A stretch of DNA of 64,000 nucleotides from Squalus acanthias (lineage: Eukaryota): assembly GCA_030390025.1 (NCBI GenBank), contig CM059432.1, positions 16,928,001 through 16,992,000 of the forward strand, given 5' to 3'. The position numbers and the translations under genes were made by a program. Positions 47,846 to 60,990 of the stretch are shown in pieces. The notes below the pieces were generated by a model. The model saw only the letters and a list, made by a program, of their open reading frames with translations, was not told the DNA's origin and searched no databases. Each line of letters opens with the position of its first letter. Position 1 is the stretch's first letter.

Positions 47846-50552
47846 CCCACCATTCCTCAATGATGTCTCAGAAGACATCTGCTTAAGGAGTCAACAGTTC
47901 AGTAAGGAGGCACAGAAGGACTGACTAAACATCCTCTCAAACACAAAAAACAAAGGACACACATACTTCAGAACACTAAGCTTCCTACTACAAAGTGGCT
48001 TTACCATGCATGTATATATTTACAGAAAGTGATTTTTTTACCACTGTGCCTATCCTTGGTGCCGCGCTGTTCTTAAATCTATCCGGGTACTGCACCAAGG
48101 TGATACCTGAGTGCCAAGAAGACCAGTGGTGCTTGGTTGCGATGCGGTATCATGAGCCTCTTGGGACTAAGGTGACCCTCATCTCAGAGCTTCAGTAGGC
48201 CTGGATAGCCTGGTCCTGTATCCTGACACCTACATGAGCAGAATTTTCTCAAATTCAGGAGGCTTTACGTTTTTACCAATTCACCACTACTGGAATTTGT
48301 CAATGGATGTAAGTGAAAATCGATTTTAATGATCCTTATTGACATAGTAGTTTTATTCTGAAAAACATTTTGGTAGCTATCAATACTATATTAATATTTT
48401 CTGGCATATTAAATATTTTATAGTACATTTTGGTATGTTACATAATGCATACAATTTCTGATGTAAATATAACATTAATTTATGTAAATATATGCTGAGC
48501 ATTGCTATGCCCTTTTAAGACATTTTTCATCACAAAAGCGGCTTTTGCTTTGTGTCTAATTGTGCCATGCTGATTTTTTTTACATCAGTATTGCAACAGT
48601 TCTCCCATTGTATTAACTGTTCTCGAGTAGGAGTTAAGGGAGTTTAGACCACAGATGTTGCCAGGAGAAGCATTAATGTCATGCTCTGGTGATTCTCTCC
48701 CCCTCTCCTTTCCAGCCAACTTCTTCATCTCCCATAGACAAGTAAAATTCACTTTCAAGGATAAATTTATGTCTGGTTGTCAGACGAGAATAAGATCTCA
48801 GTGGGTTTCTTTTTGACAATTCCAGCTGTTCAGCGATAAAGTAGCCAGATTGACCCATGAGAATTAAAACACACAGCCTGATAGATGTATTTTATTTAAT
48901 TTGTATATATCTTTACAAAGTTTTCCATCTGATTGTATTCCATACATTCATTTTAGACTAATTTCTGAAAAAAAGCAGCAAGTGTATTGCTGTGAACCCA
49001 GAGAACGCACTTGAAAGATAGTCTGAAGAAAACAAAACCAAGATGGCCCACATAGGGTTGTTTACAACATCCACTGACCATACCGTGGATTTGTTGGGTT
49101 TTACGACAGTCCAGCAGCATCATGATAACTTTTATTGATACCAGCTTTTTATGTTCAGATTTTTTTTAAACTGAATTCAAATTATCAAACTACCATGGTG
49201 GGATTTAAACTCCGGGTCTCTGGATTATTAGTCCAGGCCTCTGAATTACTAGTCCAGTAACATAACCACTACATAACTGTGCAGTAGCATGGGTTTTTTG
49301 AATTGGGAAAATTGATCAGATTCACTGACCTGTCAGAATCAAAATCGATTAATATGCTACACAGGCAACTCACTTCAACAATGTGATTCACTACACCAGC
49401 TGTAAGACATATTCTATTTCTAATTCCTACGAAGAATTGGGCCCATGCTACTTCAGTACAGAAGTACCCCTGTTATTCAAAGAATATATGTATGCCGGGT
49501 ATCCATCTGAAGGTCCCCCGAGTCTGTTATCAGAAGTTTGTAGGCAGGATGTACAGCACAGGAAACTGCCATTCAGAGAAGTGAATGCACCAGACTTGCT
49601 GCTCCAGATGCCAAACAATTTAAAAGTAATTAGAAAGACCTCCTGGACACAACACACAGCAGCCAACAGGCAGAACTGTCAACATTGAATCAATCCTCAA
49701 TGTGAGATTTTCAATCACGAGGATAAACCTGAGGCATTCACTCATGGCAAAAACTTAAACATGGCTAAAAGTGACAAGTTGCATTTGTCACAGTGGGCTG
49801 CAATGGATGATCAGGTGGTGTTAATACTTTAATGTTTCTCTGCTCTTTTTCCTACCGATATCTTTTTCTGTATTTTTCTTTATTCACACACGGTTGTGAG
49901 ATTTCTCCTTCCAAACAGAATAAAAAGCAAGAGGGCTTGAAATAGAGGGCAATCCTTGAATTCATACTGATATTTATAGCTCTTTCTTAAAATGACAAAG
50001 CCTCTCGTTTTAATGCAGAACTTTCCTTACTTCTGTCAATGCAGAGATAACCATACCTGCCTGGTTTTTTAATTTTGCTGTCCAGGATTTTCTTTATTCC
50101 CCCTCCTGTCCAAAACATTTATCCTCCCCAATTTTAGGTCCAGTTGTGTCTCACACAAGGGGTATTTTTCTCTAGTATCTCTCCCTACAAAAGAGGTTGG
50201 TTTAATAAGCTTTGTTAATATTCACGATCAGAAGTCCCCTGCTGGCTGTGAGTTTATCCAGGAAGTGATTTATTCTGACCAGGAAGTTCCTTTTTTAGTC
50301 TGTGCTGACTTAGCTGATCTCAGGTGACAGTAGTGGCTCGACAACTGGTTTCAGTGCCCTGGATCAGAGAGGGGAAGATTAGCCAGGCTGTCTACTGTTG
50401 GGGCTCGCACGTGAGTAATGGCCCGCATGGGATAGACACTGGGAGTGACTAGAAGCAGGGGATCATTACTCAAAAAGAAGTCAACTTCTTTAAGAGGGAA
50501 GGGAAAAATCAACATCAATAGCAAAATTTAGAACTGCAAACTGATAAGAAAG

Positions 50553-51016
50553 AAAGACTTGTATTTATATAGCGCCTTTCATGACCACCTGACTTCTCAA
50601 AGCGCTTTACAGCCAATGAAGTACTTTTTTTTAAAGTGTAGTCACTGTTGTAATGTGGGAAACGCGGCAGCCAATTTGCGCACAGCAAGCTCCCACAAAC
50701 AGCAATGTGATAATGACCAGATAATCTGTTTTTGTTATGTTGATTGAGGGATAAATATTGGCCAGGACACTGGGGATAACGCCCCTGCTCTTCTTCGAAA
50801 TAGTGCCATGGGTTCTTTTATGTCCATTTGAGAGAGCAGACGGGGCCTCGGTTTAACGTCTCATCCAAAAGACAGCACCTCCAACAGTGCAGCACTCCCT
50901 CAGCACTCCACTGGAGTGTCAGCCTAGATTTTTGTGCTCAAGTCCCTGGTGTGGGACCTGAACCCACAACCTTCTGACTCAGAGGTGAGAGTGCTACCAA
51001 CTGAGCCACAGCTGAC
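50553..51016 (-). mobile_element. tRNA-derived Deu-domain-type SINE (SacSINE1-like) with L2-type tail
   Basis: Core GCAGCCAATTTGCGCACAGCAAGCTCCCACAAACAGCAATG, A/B-box-like head on the minus strand, tail AGGCGCTATATAAATACAAG. Confidence 0.85.
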
Positions 51017-51149
51017 TCTCTATGTATCAGTTTGTAAGGTTTTGCACTAAAAGTAAATCATGTGTGCAAAACATTTTGATTTTACCAATTTTTATTTAAA
51101 TGTTTGAAATTTCTTTGAATGAGATTTACATTCATGTTTCATCAATAAC

Positions 51150-51800
51150 TACTTGCATTTATATAGTGCCTTTAATGTAGAAAGATTTCTCAAGGTGCTT
51201 CTGAGAGGCGTAATCAATAAAAATGGATGTTGAAATGAGGGTTGATCAAAAGCTTAGTCAAAGAGATGAGTTTAATGGGGGATCTTAAAGGAGGAGAGAG
51301 AAGTGGAGAATCGGAGAGGTTTACGGAGGGAGTCCAGAGTGCGGGGCCGAGGCAGCTGAAAACACGGTCACCAATGTGGGACAAAAGGATGGGAGGATAT
51401 GCTCAAGAGGCCAGAGTCAGAGGAATGGAGAGTCCTGGGAGGAAGTGGATTAATCCCCACAGAAGCAGGGAGGGCCATGAAGGGATTTAAACAGGATGAG
51501 AATTTTAAATTTGAGGTGTTGGGAGACTGTGAACCAATATAGATCAGCAAGGACAGGGACAGTGGGTGAGTGGAGCTTGGTACAGGATAGGTTAGGGAGA
51601 GCAAACCTTTGGTTGAGCTGAAGTTTATGGAAGGTAGAGGACGGAAGGCCGACCAGTAAAGCGTTAGAATAATCTAATAATAATTGACATGAATGGGTTT
51701 CAGCAACAGACAGACTGAGGTAAGAGCAGAGGCAGCCAATGTTACAGAGGTAGAAGTAGGTGGTCTTTGTGACGAAGGGGATATAGGGTCGGAAACTTAG
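51150..51800 (-). mobile_element. L2-type LINE 3' fragment
   Basis: LLDYSNALLVGLP...PVLADLYWFTVSQHLKFKIL. Confidence 0.8.
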
Positions 51801-51895
51801 TGTTCCCTTGACAAATACAGAAGGATGGTGTCTTCTGATGACACCTATTCCTTGCTTCCTTGTCCACTGGTGAACACATTTGGAAAGGTGCAAAA

Positions 51896-52320
51896 AAAGA
51901 CTTGCATTTATATAGCGCCTTTCACAACCTCAGAACATCCCAAAGCACCTTACAGCCAATGATGTACTTTTTAAAGTGTAGTCACTGTTATAATGTAGGA
52001 AACGTGGCAGCCAAATTGCGCACAGCAAGCTCCCACAAGCAGCACTGTCATAATGACCAGATAATCTGTTTTGTTTAGTTATGTTGGTTGAGGGATAAAT
52101 ATTGGCCAGAACACCAGGGATAACTTCCCTGCTCTTCTTTGATATAGTGTCATGGGATCTTTTACATCCGCCTGAGAGAGCAATTTAATGTCTCATCCGA
52201 AAGATGGCACATCCGACGGTGCAGCACTCCCTCAGCACTGCACTGGAGTGTCAGCCTAGATTTTTGTGCTCACGTCTCTGAACTAGGAGGTGAGAGTGCT
52301 ACCTACTGAACCACGGCTGC
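51896..52320 (-). mobile_element. Deu-domain-type SINE
   Basis: Highly similar to 50553-51016. Confidence 0.85.
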
Positions 52321-54006
52321 AGGATTTCATATACACGAGCATTAACTTAAAGAAGACAGTAACTTAAATACATGTACTGTAATTGTAACATGCGTAACAT
52401 CAAACATAGAAAATGGCAAGCTTTGAACCACAGCAAAATCTGTTCATGAAAGGAAACTAAAACACTGAAGGGAAACCGTGCTTGTTTGGCCATCTGCCAA
52501 TAATGTTTCAAAACAAAAATAAAGCGGCAACTGAATTTCACCCCCACTCTAGATTGATAGAATTCTGGCGCAAATTGTAGGAGTATTTGCAGCAAATTTT
52601 TTTCATTACAAGATTAATTTTGCTAAATTTTATTTATACCACAAGGATAATAGTTGCTGCGAGGATAAGCAAAAGGATTTAAACAAAAGAAGAAAGAAAG
52701 ACTTGCATTTAATAAGCAAGGTAAGTATTTATTGTTCACACTATCTGGTCAAACAACATTGGAACTTACAGTTTGTCAATAAGGGTTACGTTTTTAAATT
52801 TCAGTTATCTGCAGATATGAAGAATCTTGCAAAAAGTAAATCAGTCAGACTGCTAAAACTTATCATCTGTTCATTTAATTGGAATTCTGACTTTGATGAA
52901 CTGATTGATCAGATTTCATAAAGAAATAATTAAATTCTGATAACTTAAGCTATTGTTCTGCATTGGCAGGCCTGCCTTCTGCTCCAACTGTTTATGGTAC
53001 ACCTGGATAGCATTGCACCAATGGCACAAAGCATCTGAATTTCCAGGACAAGGCCCCAAAACACCCCAATGTGAATATTAGTGAGGCTTGTAGCACAGAA
53101 CAGCTCAAACATTTTTTGCCCCAATGGAAAACCGATGCAAGAATATTATCTCTGATTTCCTGTGCCTCTTGCGTGCCTGTGTTGCTGGTGCACAGGAGTA
53201 GAATTTCAGTCCTTTGATATTAGCCCTAAAAAAAAATGAAAAGTTGCAGTCATGATTGTTAAATAAATGCACGTGAAAGAAAAAAGACTTCCATTTACTG
53301 TATATAGCAGCTTTCATGACCTCAGGATATCGCCAATGAAGTACTTTTGAAGTGTAGTCACTGTTGAAATGCAGATTTGGGTTACTCTTAGTGTTTTTGA
53401 AATCAACCTTGCAATATAGATGGGGCAGTTTGCAGAAATATTAATACTAATAATTAAAATTTAGTGTCAGACAATTTATGCACAAGTAAAAATAAATCAT
53501 CAGATAAAATAGCAATACTTAACATTCTCTGGTGCATTAAAGAATTTTTTGAAACCAAAATAATAAAATTTTAAAATTCATATAGAGCCCTTTTAGTATC
53601 ATCATAACTAAATTTTAGAAAACTGTAACATGGATACTTCTAGCTCCATGGAGTTCCGTCTCACTACAGTGACTTGAGCATGTGATTCAAACAAGTGAAT
53701 TAAACATCGAGGCAAAGGGGCGTAATTGCACAGAACAATCAAGCCAATTTCAAAGACACAAAGGTTAAAAACTCATCCAAGCCTCACATTTCCAGGAACT
53801 GCTAAATCCTGCAGACAAGCATCACCTGCCCCTTCAATAATTAATTACCAGATTTGCTTTCTCGCAGATCGGCTGACCCTATGCTTGGCTGGTGGAAAGA
53901 CAATTTAATTTTAACCCTAGTTAGTTCAAAATCATTGGTATTTTCCTATGCCAATGATCTTGATATTTAAAGTTATAAAAACAAAAATACATATATTACA
54001 ATTAGT

Positions 54007-54440
54007 GTCAGTCATGGCTCAGTTGGTAGCACCCTCGCCTCTGCGTCAGCAGGTTGTGGGTTCAAGTCACACTCCAGAGACTTCAGCACAAAAATCTAGG
54101 CTAACACTCCAGTGTGATACTGAGGGAATGCTGCACTGTCGGAGGTGCCGCCTTTCGGATAAGATGTTAAACCAAGATGTCTGCTCTCCCAGGTGGACAT
54201 AAAAGATCCCATGGCACTATTTTGAAGAAGTGCAGGGGAGTTATCCCCAGTATCTTGGCCAATATTTATCCCTCAATCACATCACTGAAACAGATTATCT
54301 GGTCATTGTTTGTGGGAGCTTGCTGTGCACATTTCCTACATTACAACAGTGACTGCACTTCAAAAAGTACTTAATTCGCTGTAAAGCGCTTTGGGACGTC
54401 CGGTGGTCGTTAAAGACGCTATATAAATGCAAGTCTTTTT
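54007..54440 (+). mobile_element. Deu-domain-type SINE
   Basis: Head TGGCTCAGTTGG...GGTTCAAGTC; reverse-orientation homolog of 50553-51016. Confidence 0.85.
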
Positions 54441-55264
54441 CTTTATTTATAATTTGTGGCTTCCATCACATTGCCATAAGATGTATTCAAAGTAAATGAA
54501 GAAGGATGGTTTTTAGGAGGTCACAAAAGCCTGATACTTTTTCCACAATACTTTATCCACCGTCCAACTCTGAAAAACAGAAGATTATTAATATTACAGT
54601 AATTTGTAAACATTACTATTAGTATGAGTAACATTTGTTGTCAAGGCAATGTTGTCTTGATAATTATTATCTAGCCTCTGGAGAACATCACACCATAGTA
54701 ACACCAGCTGTCAGCTTGCTTAAATTTTTTCCCATAATGTACTGTACATCTAACTTTAGCTGTGCTGTTTTTAGGATGCACATTTTAATCTTCCTTGTAT
54801 CTATTTTCATACCATACTTTGAACATGTTTCATCAAGCTGCACTAACATTGTTGTTACAGTACAAGTCTGACACCCAATTTATATAATTATCAGTATAAA
54901 TGTGGCACCAAATTTGTAGTACACCATCAATTAATCCAAAAATGGTGCAGCTAGTCTTGAGCAAGATCATTGTAAGTAGCTCAAACCATGCAGTAGTATT
55001 TTGTCAATCCAAGTGAGTTGAAGCTGGCACAATGCTCCAGATACTGATGGGCAGCATGACGTGCATCAAAACCAGTCAATCAACTTATTGGCGTGTTCAA
55101 TCTCTAGTTTCGGTAGGCTTTTGTCGAGTAGTAAATTTTAGTGCAATGAAGTACACCACACATACTCAGTTTCAGAGAAAACTTGGATCAACCTTGTACA
55201 TGCACAGTGGCATTGTGGGCTTTGGTGGAAACTTAAGTAGTAGTACTACTGTAGCCAATTCTAA

Positions 55265-57330
55265 GGGGGGAATTTTAACTTTGAGGAGCACGTGGGTTTA
55301 GGTGCAGGTGGGGTTAAAGTCGGCGAAAATGTCAGTGTGGCCGGAAGCTGGCTCTCACACGCATCGACTACTGGATTCAACTCTGGCGCGTTCAGCTGCT
55401 TGCGCGTAACCCCCTCTGGAGAGGCGGGTTAATAAATTGCAGCGATATTTTAACCGGCATTTAAATTTAACGCCACATGCATGGGTTTACCGGGCTTCCT
55501 GAAATTCACCATTGAAACCATGGCGAGAACAGAATGGCAATTCATGGGGCTCATTAGAAGTCAGGTATACAACAGCAATAAATAGTCAGTGCTCACAGCT
55601 GCTTTCGTACCTACCACTGGGAAAGCGTTTGTTGAGAGTACTTGTGAGAGGCTAATTTCTGCATTTTGGAGGTATCAAGACTCAAGATCAGAATGGGTGA
55701 CGCTATGGCTGCCTTAGATTGGACCTTAGACGAGGAGCAAGATGACCAGCAGCAACAGCCTGCTGTGGAGTGACCTGCAGGTGGTCAGCAGAGAGGTCAA
55801 GCTCACAGGAGGCACCAACCACGTAATAGGGTGTACAGGCTTCCTTGCCGTCTCGGAAGGGCATTGCTTCCAGAGGCTGAGGTTGTCATGTCAGGTGGTG
55901 GGAGACATCTGCAGCCTCCCAGAAGAAGACTTGCTTCCTGCTGGACCTGGTGGCCACGAGTTACCAGTGCCTGTTGGTGACCACCAACTTTTTTGCCTCC
56001 AGATTCTTCCAGGGCGCTACTGGAGACATCCAGGATCTCCCAGTCAGCTGCACATAAATGCACCGGTAGCTCACTGATAGGTTGTTTGACAGGGCCAGCA
56101 ATCATGTCCATTTTGCCTGTGATGACACTAGACAGAATGTTTAAGTGGTGTGCAACCACCAGAAAAGGTTTATGCAGGTGTGCGCCAGATTCCCGGGCAG
56201 CTGCCATGATGCTTTCCTGCGGCAGTCCAAGATCTTTGACCTCTTTGGACCTGCAAGCAAACTTGAGGAGTAGCTGCTAGGAGACAAAGGATACTCCCTT
56301 CAAACTTGTCTGATGACGCCTGTGAGAAACCCAACCAATAAAGCCCAAGAGCAACAAAAGCCATATGACAACCAGATGTGTCACGGAGCAAGCAATTGGC
56401 ATGCTCAAGATGCGATTCAGGTGTCTGGGCAGATCTGGAGGCGCCCTTTACTAATCGCCAGCCAGGGTCTCCAGAATGATCATGGACTTTTTAAAAATTC
56501 GTTCCTGGGATGTGGGCATCACTGGCAAGGCCAGCATTTATTGCCCATCCCTAATTGCCCTTGAGAAGGTGGTGGTGAGCCACCGCCTTGAACCACTGCA
56601 GTCCGTGTGGTGAAGGTACTCCCATAGTGCTGTTAGGGAGGGAGTTCCAGGATTTTGACCCAGTGACGATGAAGGATCGGCGATATATTTCCAAGTCAGG
56701 ATGGTGTGTGACTTGGAGGGGAACCTGGAGGTGATGGTATTCCCATGCGTCTGCTGCCCTTGTCCTTCTAGGTGGAAGAGGTCGCGGGTTTGGGAGGTGC
56801 TGTCGAAGAAGCCTTGGCGAGTTGCTGCAGTGCATCTTGTAGATGGTACACACTGCAGCCACGGTGCGCCGGTGGTGGAGGGAGTGAATGTTTAAGGTGG
56901 TGGATGGGGTGCCAAACAAGTGGGCTGCTTTGTCCTGAATGGTGTCGAGCTTCTTGAGTGTTGTTGGAGCTGCACTGATCCAGACAAGTGGAGAGTATTC
57001 CATCACACTCCTGACTTGTGCCTTGTAGATGATGGAAAGGCTTTTGGGAGTCAGGAGGTGAGACACTCGCCGCAGAATACCCAGCCTCTGACCTGCTCTT
57101 GTAGCCACAGTATTTGTGTGGCTGGTTCAGTTAAGTTTCTGGTCAATGGTGACCCCCCCAGGTTGTTGATGGTGGGGGATTCGGTGATGGTAATGCCGTT
57201 GACTGTCATGGGGCGGTGGTTAGACTCTCGCTTGCTGGGGATAGTCATTGCCTGGCACTTGTGTGTGCACAACATTGTGCAGCAGCGAGGATTGGAGCTG
57301 CAGATCGCATCATGCAGGTCCGCACCATTC
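55265..57330 (+). mobile_element. Decayed PIF/Harbinger transposon (HARBI1-like transposase pseudogene), split by a LINE
   Basis: Left end TAA|GGGGGGAATTTT. Peptides CFQRLRLSCQVVGDIC, RISQSAAHKC, LLGDKGYSL..LMTPVRNP (56274), TRCVTEQAIGMLKMRFRCLGRSGGAL (56371) and CVHNIVQQRG after the LINE (about 57261). Right end not identified. Confidence 0.82.
56495..57265 (-). mobile_element. 3' end of the second LINE family, inserted in the Harbinger element
   Basis: ORF 56551..57108 (YKAQVRSVMEYSP...HSLHHRRTVA). Confidence 0.9.
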
Positions 57331-59179
57331 CCACTGCCGCGCATTTGACAGCAATCCCAGAATTAATATTACAATTAGGTGGCTGCGCTAATATGCCACA
57401 GACAGGCGCGCTGAAAGTTCTTCCGGGTTTCCCACTTAATATCACACTGCTCCCTCCCCGCTGCTCCGAACGCGCCTCCATGTTATTATCGGGGACTAAA
57501 TTTCTCACTTCTAGCTGCCGCTCCAAGGTTCTTGTAAATATAAGAATAGCATAAATGTGCACATTATTGCTTCTAGCATTTCTGAAAATTGCATTAAAAA
57601 AATCTGCATTTCAGCATCTCTCAAATTATTTTTTTTCTACTTTACTGGTATTCTATCCGTGAATGTGAACTTTCAACTTGGGCAGTCTTAGTTCAAATGC
57701 ATTGAATTTCCAAAGGTAGGGGACATTGGAAGATGCTCAAAGTGACCCTTTTTCAAATGGGTCCAAGGAATGCCTATAGGTTCATCCTACCAACAGGGTG
57801 CAAACCCAAGTTGCCTATTTAAATCACATATCTCTACTTTCTGGTAAATGCCAATGCTACAAGAATCACAACAAACATGTCCCAACTTCATTTGTAAGAT
57901 TACTTTTTTTTAAAGGTAAATGAATAAGTTCAGCGTGTTTAGCCATTGGGGTTTGGGGTGTGTTGGACTTTCTGGAAGAATTTCCTGAATTATTGCTTAT
58001 TCACAAATTCCAGTGTTTGCTGCTTTCTATTGCTGCTCCTTTAATGCCACAAAACCCTTTAGTGGTGTAAAACTGGGGCATTTGATATTAAAGTGGAGCA
58101 TTTCATGAGGAAATTACAATTTTATGAGTTTGACCGTGAGTGAAGCTGATTCCTTTGTTGGCTCAAAATATTCCAAATGACCAAAAAAAAACAATAAGCA
58201 TAATCTATCATTCTCCAACACAGTGGGAGAAACATCTCAACTTTCTGTTTAAATGGCTGAGTTGTAACTTCAGAAGTGACACACACTTCCTGTCAGAAAA
58301 TCTTAGTTTGATATTTATATGATATGAGCCAAAATGGTTCACTGGAGGGTTGGCAATAGGCACTGAGTTGACGTGCGCAGATGGCTGAAATATAATGGGA
58401 GGGAAGGCCCTGCTGAACAAAGCAAGCTCCAGAAAATGAGCAAAATTCAAGTCTCAGCCATGGGGGTAGAGTTTTGGGCAGATTTTCAACTGACAGTATT
58501 ACAGGCAAGTTTTAAAAGAATGAGAATTATTTCAGATTTTATGTTTTTTATTAGGTTATAAATTTTAATTTTAGCTACAGATAGTGAGCTGGTCGAGTAC
58601 CCAAAATGATCACTCAAAGAAATAAAAAAATGTTTGAGGGATTTGATTGGTTGCTGTTGCGCTAACTGTCTGTCATCGATGATAGCTTTTAAAAAAAATA
58701 TAACTTGCTTCATTGCTTCAGAGTGAATGTAAATGGTTGTAAAGAGACACAGTGATTTTTGTTACGTATGGTGCTCCTTGACTGATTGGTTTTTAGTCAA
58801 TGGGATATTTGGGTGAATTCACTTACAGACATTTCTGATCTTTTTTTAATGAATAGAAGAGCTGAGTTCATCATTTTTGAGGTATGATGGTCTTTTTCCA
58901 TACTCTTTTGCTATGTATCACCCTATGGATGCACACTTGGCCCAAGACTTATGATTCTCTAGATAGAGCTTTTAAATACAACTAGGCATGTGCTTGTTCT
59001 TTAGAGTTATTATGAAGGCATACTGGCTGTGATTCTATAACTGTATTTTTATATGAATTACAAGTGTTAAAATGTTTTTTAAAAATGTATGTTTTTATTG
59101 CAAAAGGTAGTTGCAACACACATAGTAAAGTAGTACAGTTACCTGATGTGTTGTACAGGTCACATTAGGTGGACGTATC

Positions 59180-59592
59180 ATAGAAACATAGAATCTAGGA
59201 GCAGGAGTAGGCCATTCGGCCCGTCGAGCCTGCTCCGCCATTCAATACGATCATGGCTGATCATCCAAATCCAGTACCCTGTCCCTGCTTTAATCCCCAC
59301 AGTACACATATCCCACCCTACCCCTGTAACCCCACGTATTTAATTCCCCCTAACATATCCCATCCTATCCCCATAACCCCACATATTTAATCCCCCCTAA
59401 CACTAAGGGTCAATTTATCATAGCCAAATCAACCTAACCCACACATTTTTGGACTGTGGGAGGAAACCGGAGCACCCGGAGGAAACCCACGCAGACACGG
59501 GGAGAATGTGCAAACTCCACACAGACAGTCACCCGAGGTCAGATTCGAACCCGGGTCTCTGGCGCTGTGAGGCACCAGTGCTAACCAGTGCT
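59180..59592 (-). mobile_element. V-domain SINE (HE1-like) with CR1-derived tail
   Basis: GGGAGGAAACCGGAGCACCCGGAGGAAACCCACGCAGACACGGGGAGAA..TGCAAACTCCACACAGA core, B-box GGTTCGAATC on the minus strand, and a tail matching the CR1 3' ends in this window. Confidence 0.85.
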
Positions 59593-60379
59593 AATGTATC
59601 AATATACTATCAGGTGTAAAGTTAAACAGTTACAGATTGTGGTCTTTGGACCCTGTACTGGGCCAGTACATTGACACCATGGTACCAATTTTGATATTCT
59701 AACAGTCCAATAGGAGAAAAAAAAAATCACCAGCATATCTCAATTTAAGGTCATTTTAATCTTAATCTATTTTGGACTCCTGTGATCCAAAAATCAAAAG
59801 GTGTATCTAAATAATTTAACCTATGGTACAGCATCTTCCTCCACAGTAAAATGTTACTATTACGAACAATGCTAATTTAAATTGATCAGATGTCTATGTG
59901 TGTATACCAATACTGCTATGAAAAGCAATGTACCACAAATCTGAACAATCATAACCCCAAACTAAAACTTTAAAACTAAACTGAGACATTAATTATAGTT
60001 TACTGTACTTTAGAAATGTTTCTATTCCAACTAGCTTAAGAGGATGCTCTGAACTTATCATCCTCTGATCCACAGAGCTCATCTACAATTTTCTGACTTC
60101 CTTTTCTCATATCCTTGAATGTTTATTTATAATTTTCTGAAAAAGCAAATTCCTTTGCAGTGGTTACATTCCAGCCCACTTACAAAGGAGGAATAAGTAA
60201 TAAAGATGGCTCAAAAAACTATTTTTTTTAAGTGTAGAGAATAAAAATATGTATGTCATTCATTACGCAAGGGTGGGGGAGATTTCCTCTCTTCAGTTGT
60301 GTGTAACAAAATTGGAAACCCATTTCCAAAGAAGGGTTTAAAATTTGCACACGCAGGGGGAAAAAATGCGGGGGGGGGG

Positions 60380-60990
60380 GAGGAGGGCTCGAATGTACAA
60401 AAGGGAAGGTCTGTGATGGGGTGGAAGGCAGGAGAGATTAAATGGCAAAAGGGATGATGGTGCCAGGCAAAAGGGAGGTGGTAATGGAACAATAAAGAAA
60501 CAAAAGATGGGTTCAGAGGAGGTGTAAATGGCAACAGCATATCCATTACCAGCACCTGCTGTCCAAGAAAATGGGAGTAGTGATTATGATATGAAGTTGT
60601 TGAACTCAATATTGAGGTCGGAAGATTGTACAAGTTACCCAATTGAAAGATGAGGTGTGGTTCCTCGAGCCTCATTGGAGTAGTGTGGGAGACAAGAGGT
60701 CAGAGTGGGATGGAGAATTAAAATGGTAAGCAACCGGTAAGCTCAAGGTCACACTTGCGGACTGAGGGAGGTTTTCAGCAAAACAATCTGCGTTTGGTAT
60801 CCCCAATGTAGAGGAGACCGCATTGTGAGCAGCGAAAACAGTAAATTCAGTTGAAAGTACAAGTAAATCGCTGTTTCACCTGGGAGTAGTGTTTAGGGCC
60901 CTGGATGGTGGGAAGGGAGGAGGTGACAGGGCAGGTGTTGCATCTCTTACATGGGAAGAGGAGCGGGTGTTGGGGGCGATGGAAGATTGG
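60380..60990 (-). mobile_element. Penelope-like element remnant (GIY-YIG endonuclease region)
   Basis: Minus strand gives QVKQRFTCT...YCFRCSQCGLLYIGDTKRRL (about 60790-60880) and RLEEPHLIFQLG; homologous to 10.85-11.1 kb. Confidence 0.8.

Noticed and set aside
49383..49688. 101-aa ORF in unique sequence
   Set aside because: Non-ATG start, no motifs and no splice support.
54007..54080. tRNA gene
   Set aside because: The A/B boxes belong to a SINE head and no complete cloverleaf is evident.
52600..58890. Isolated plus-strand donor sites (52721 GTAAGT, 58882 GTATGA) as exons of a divergent gene
   Set aside because: No coherent reading frame or strong paired acceptors; cannot be supported without RNA data.
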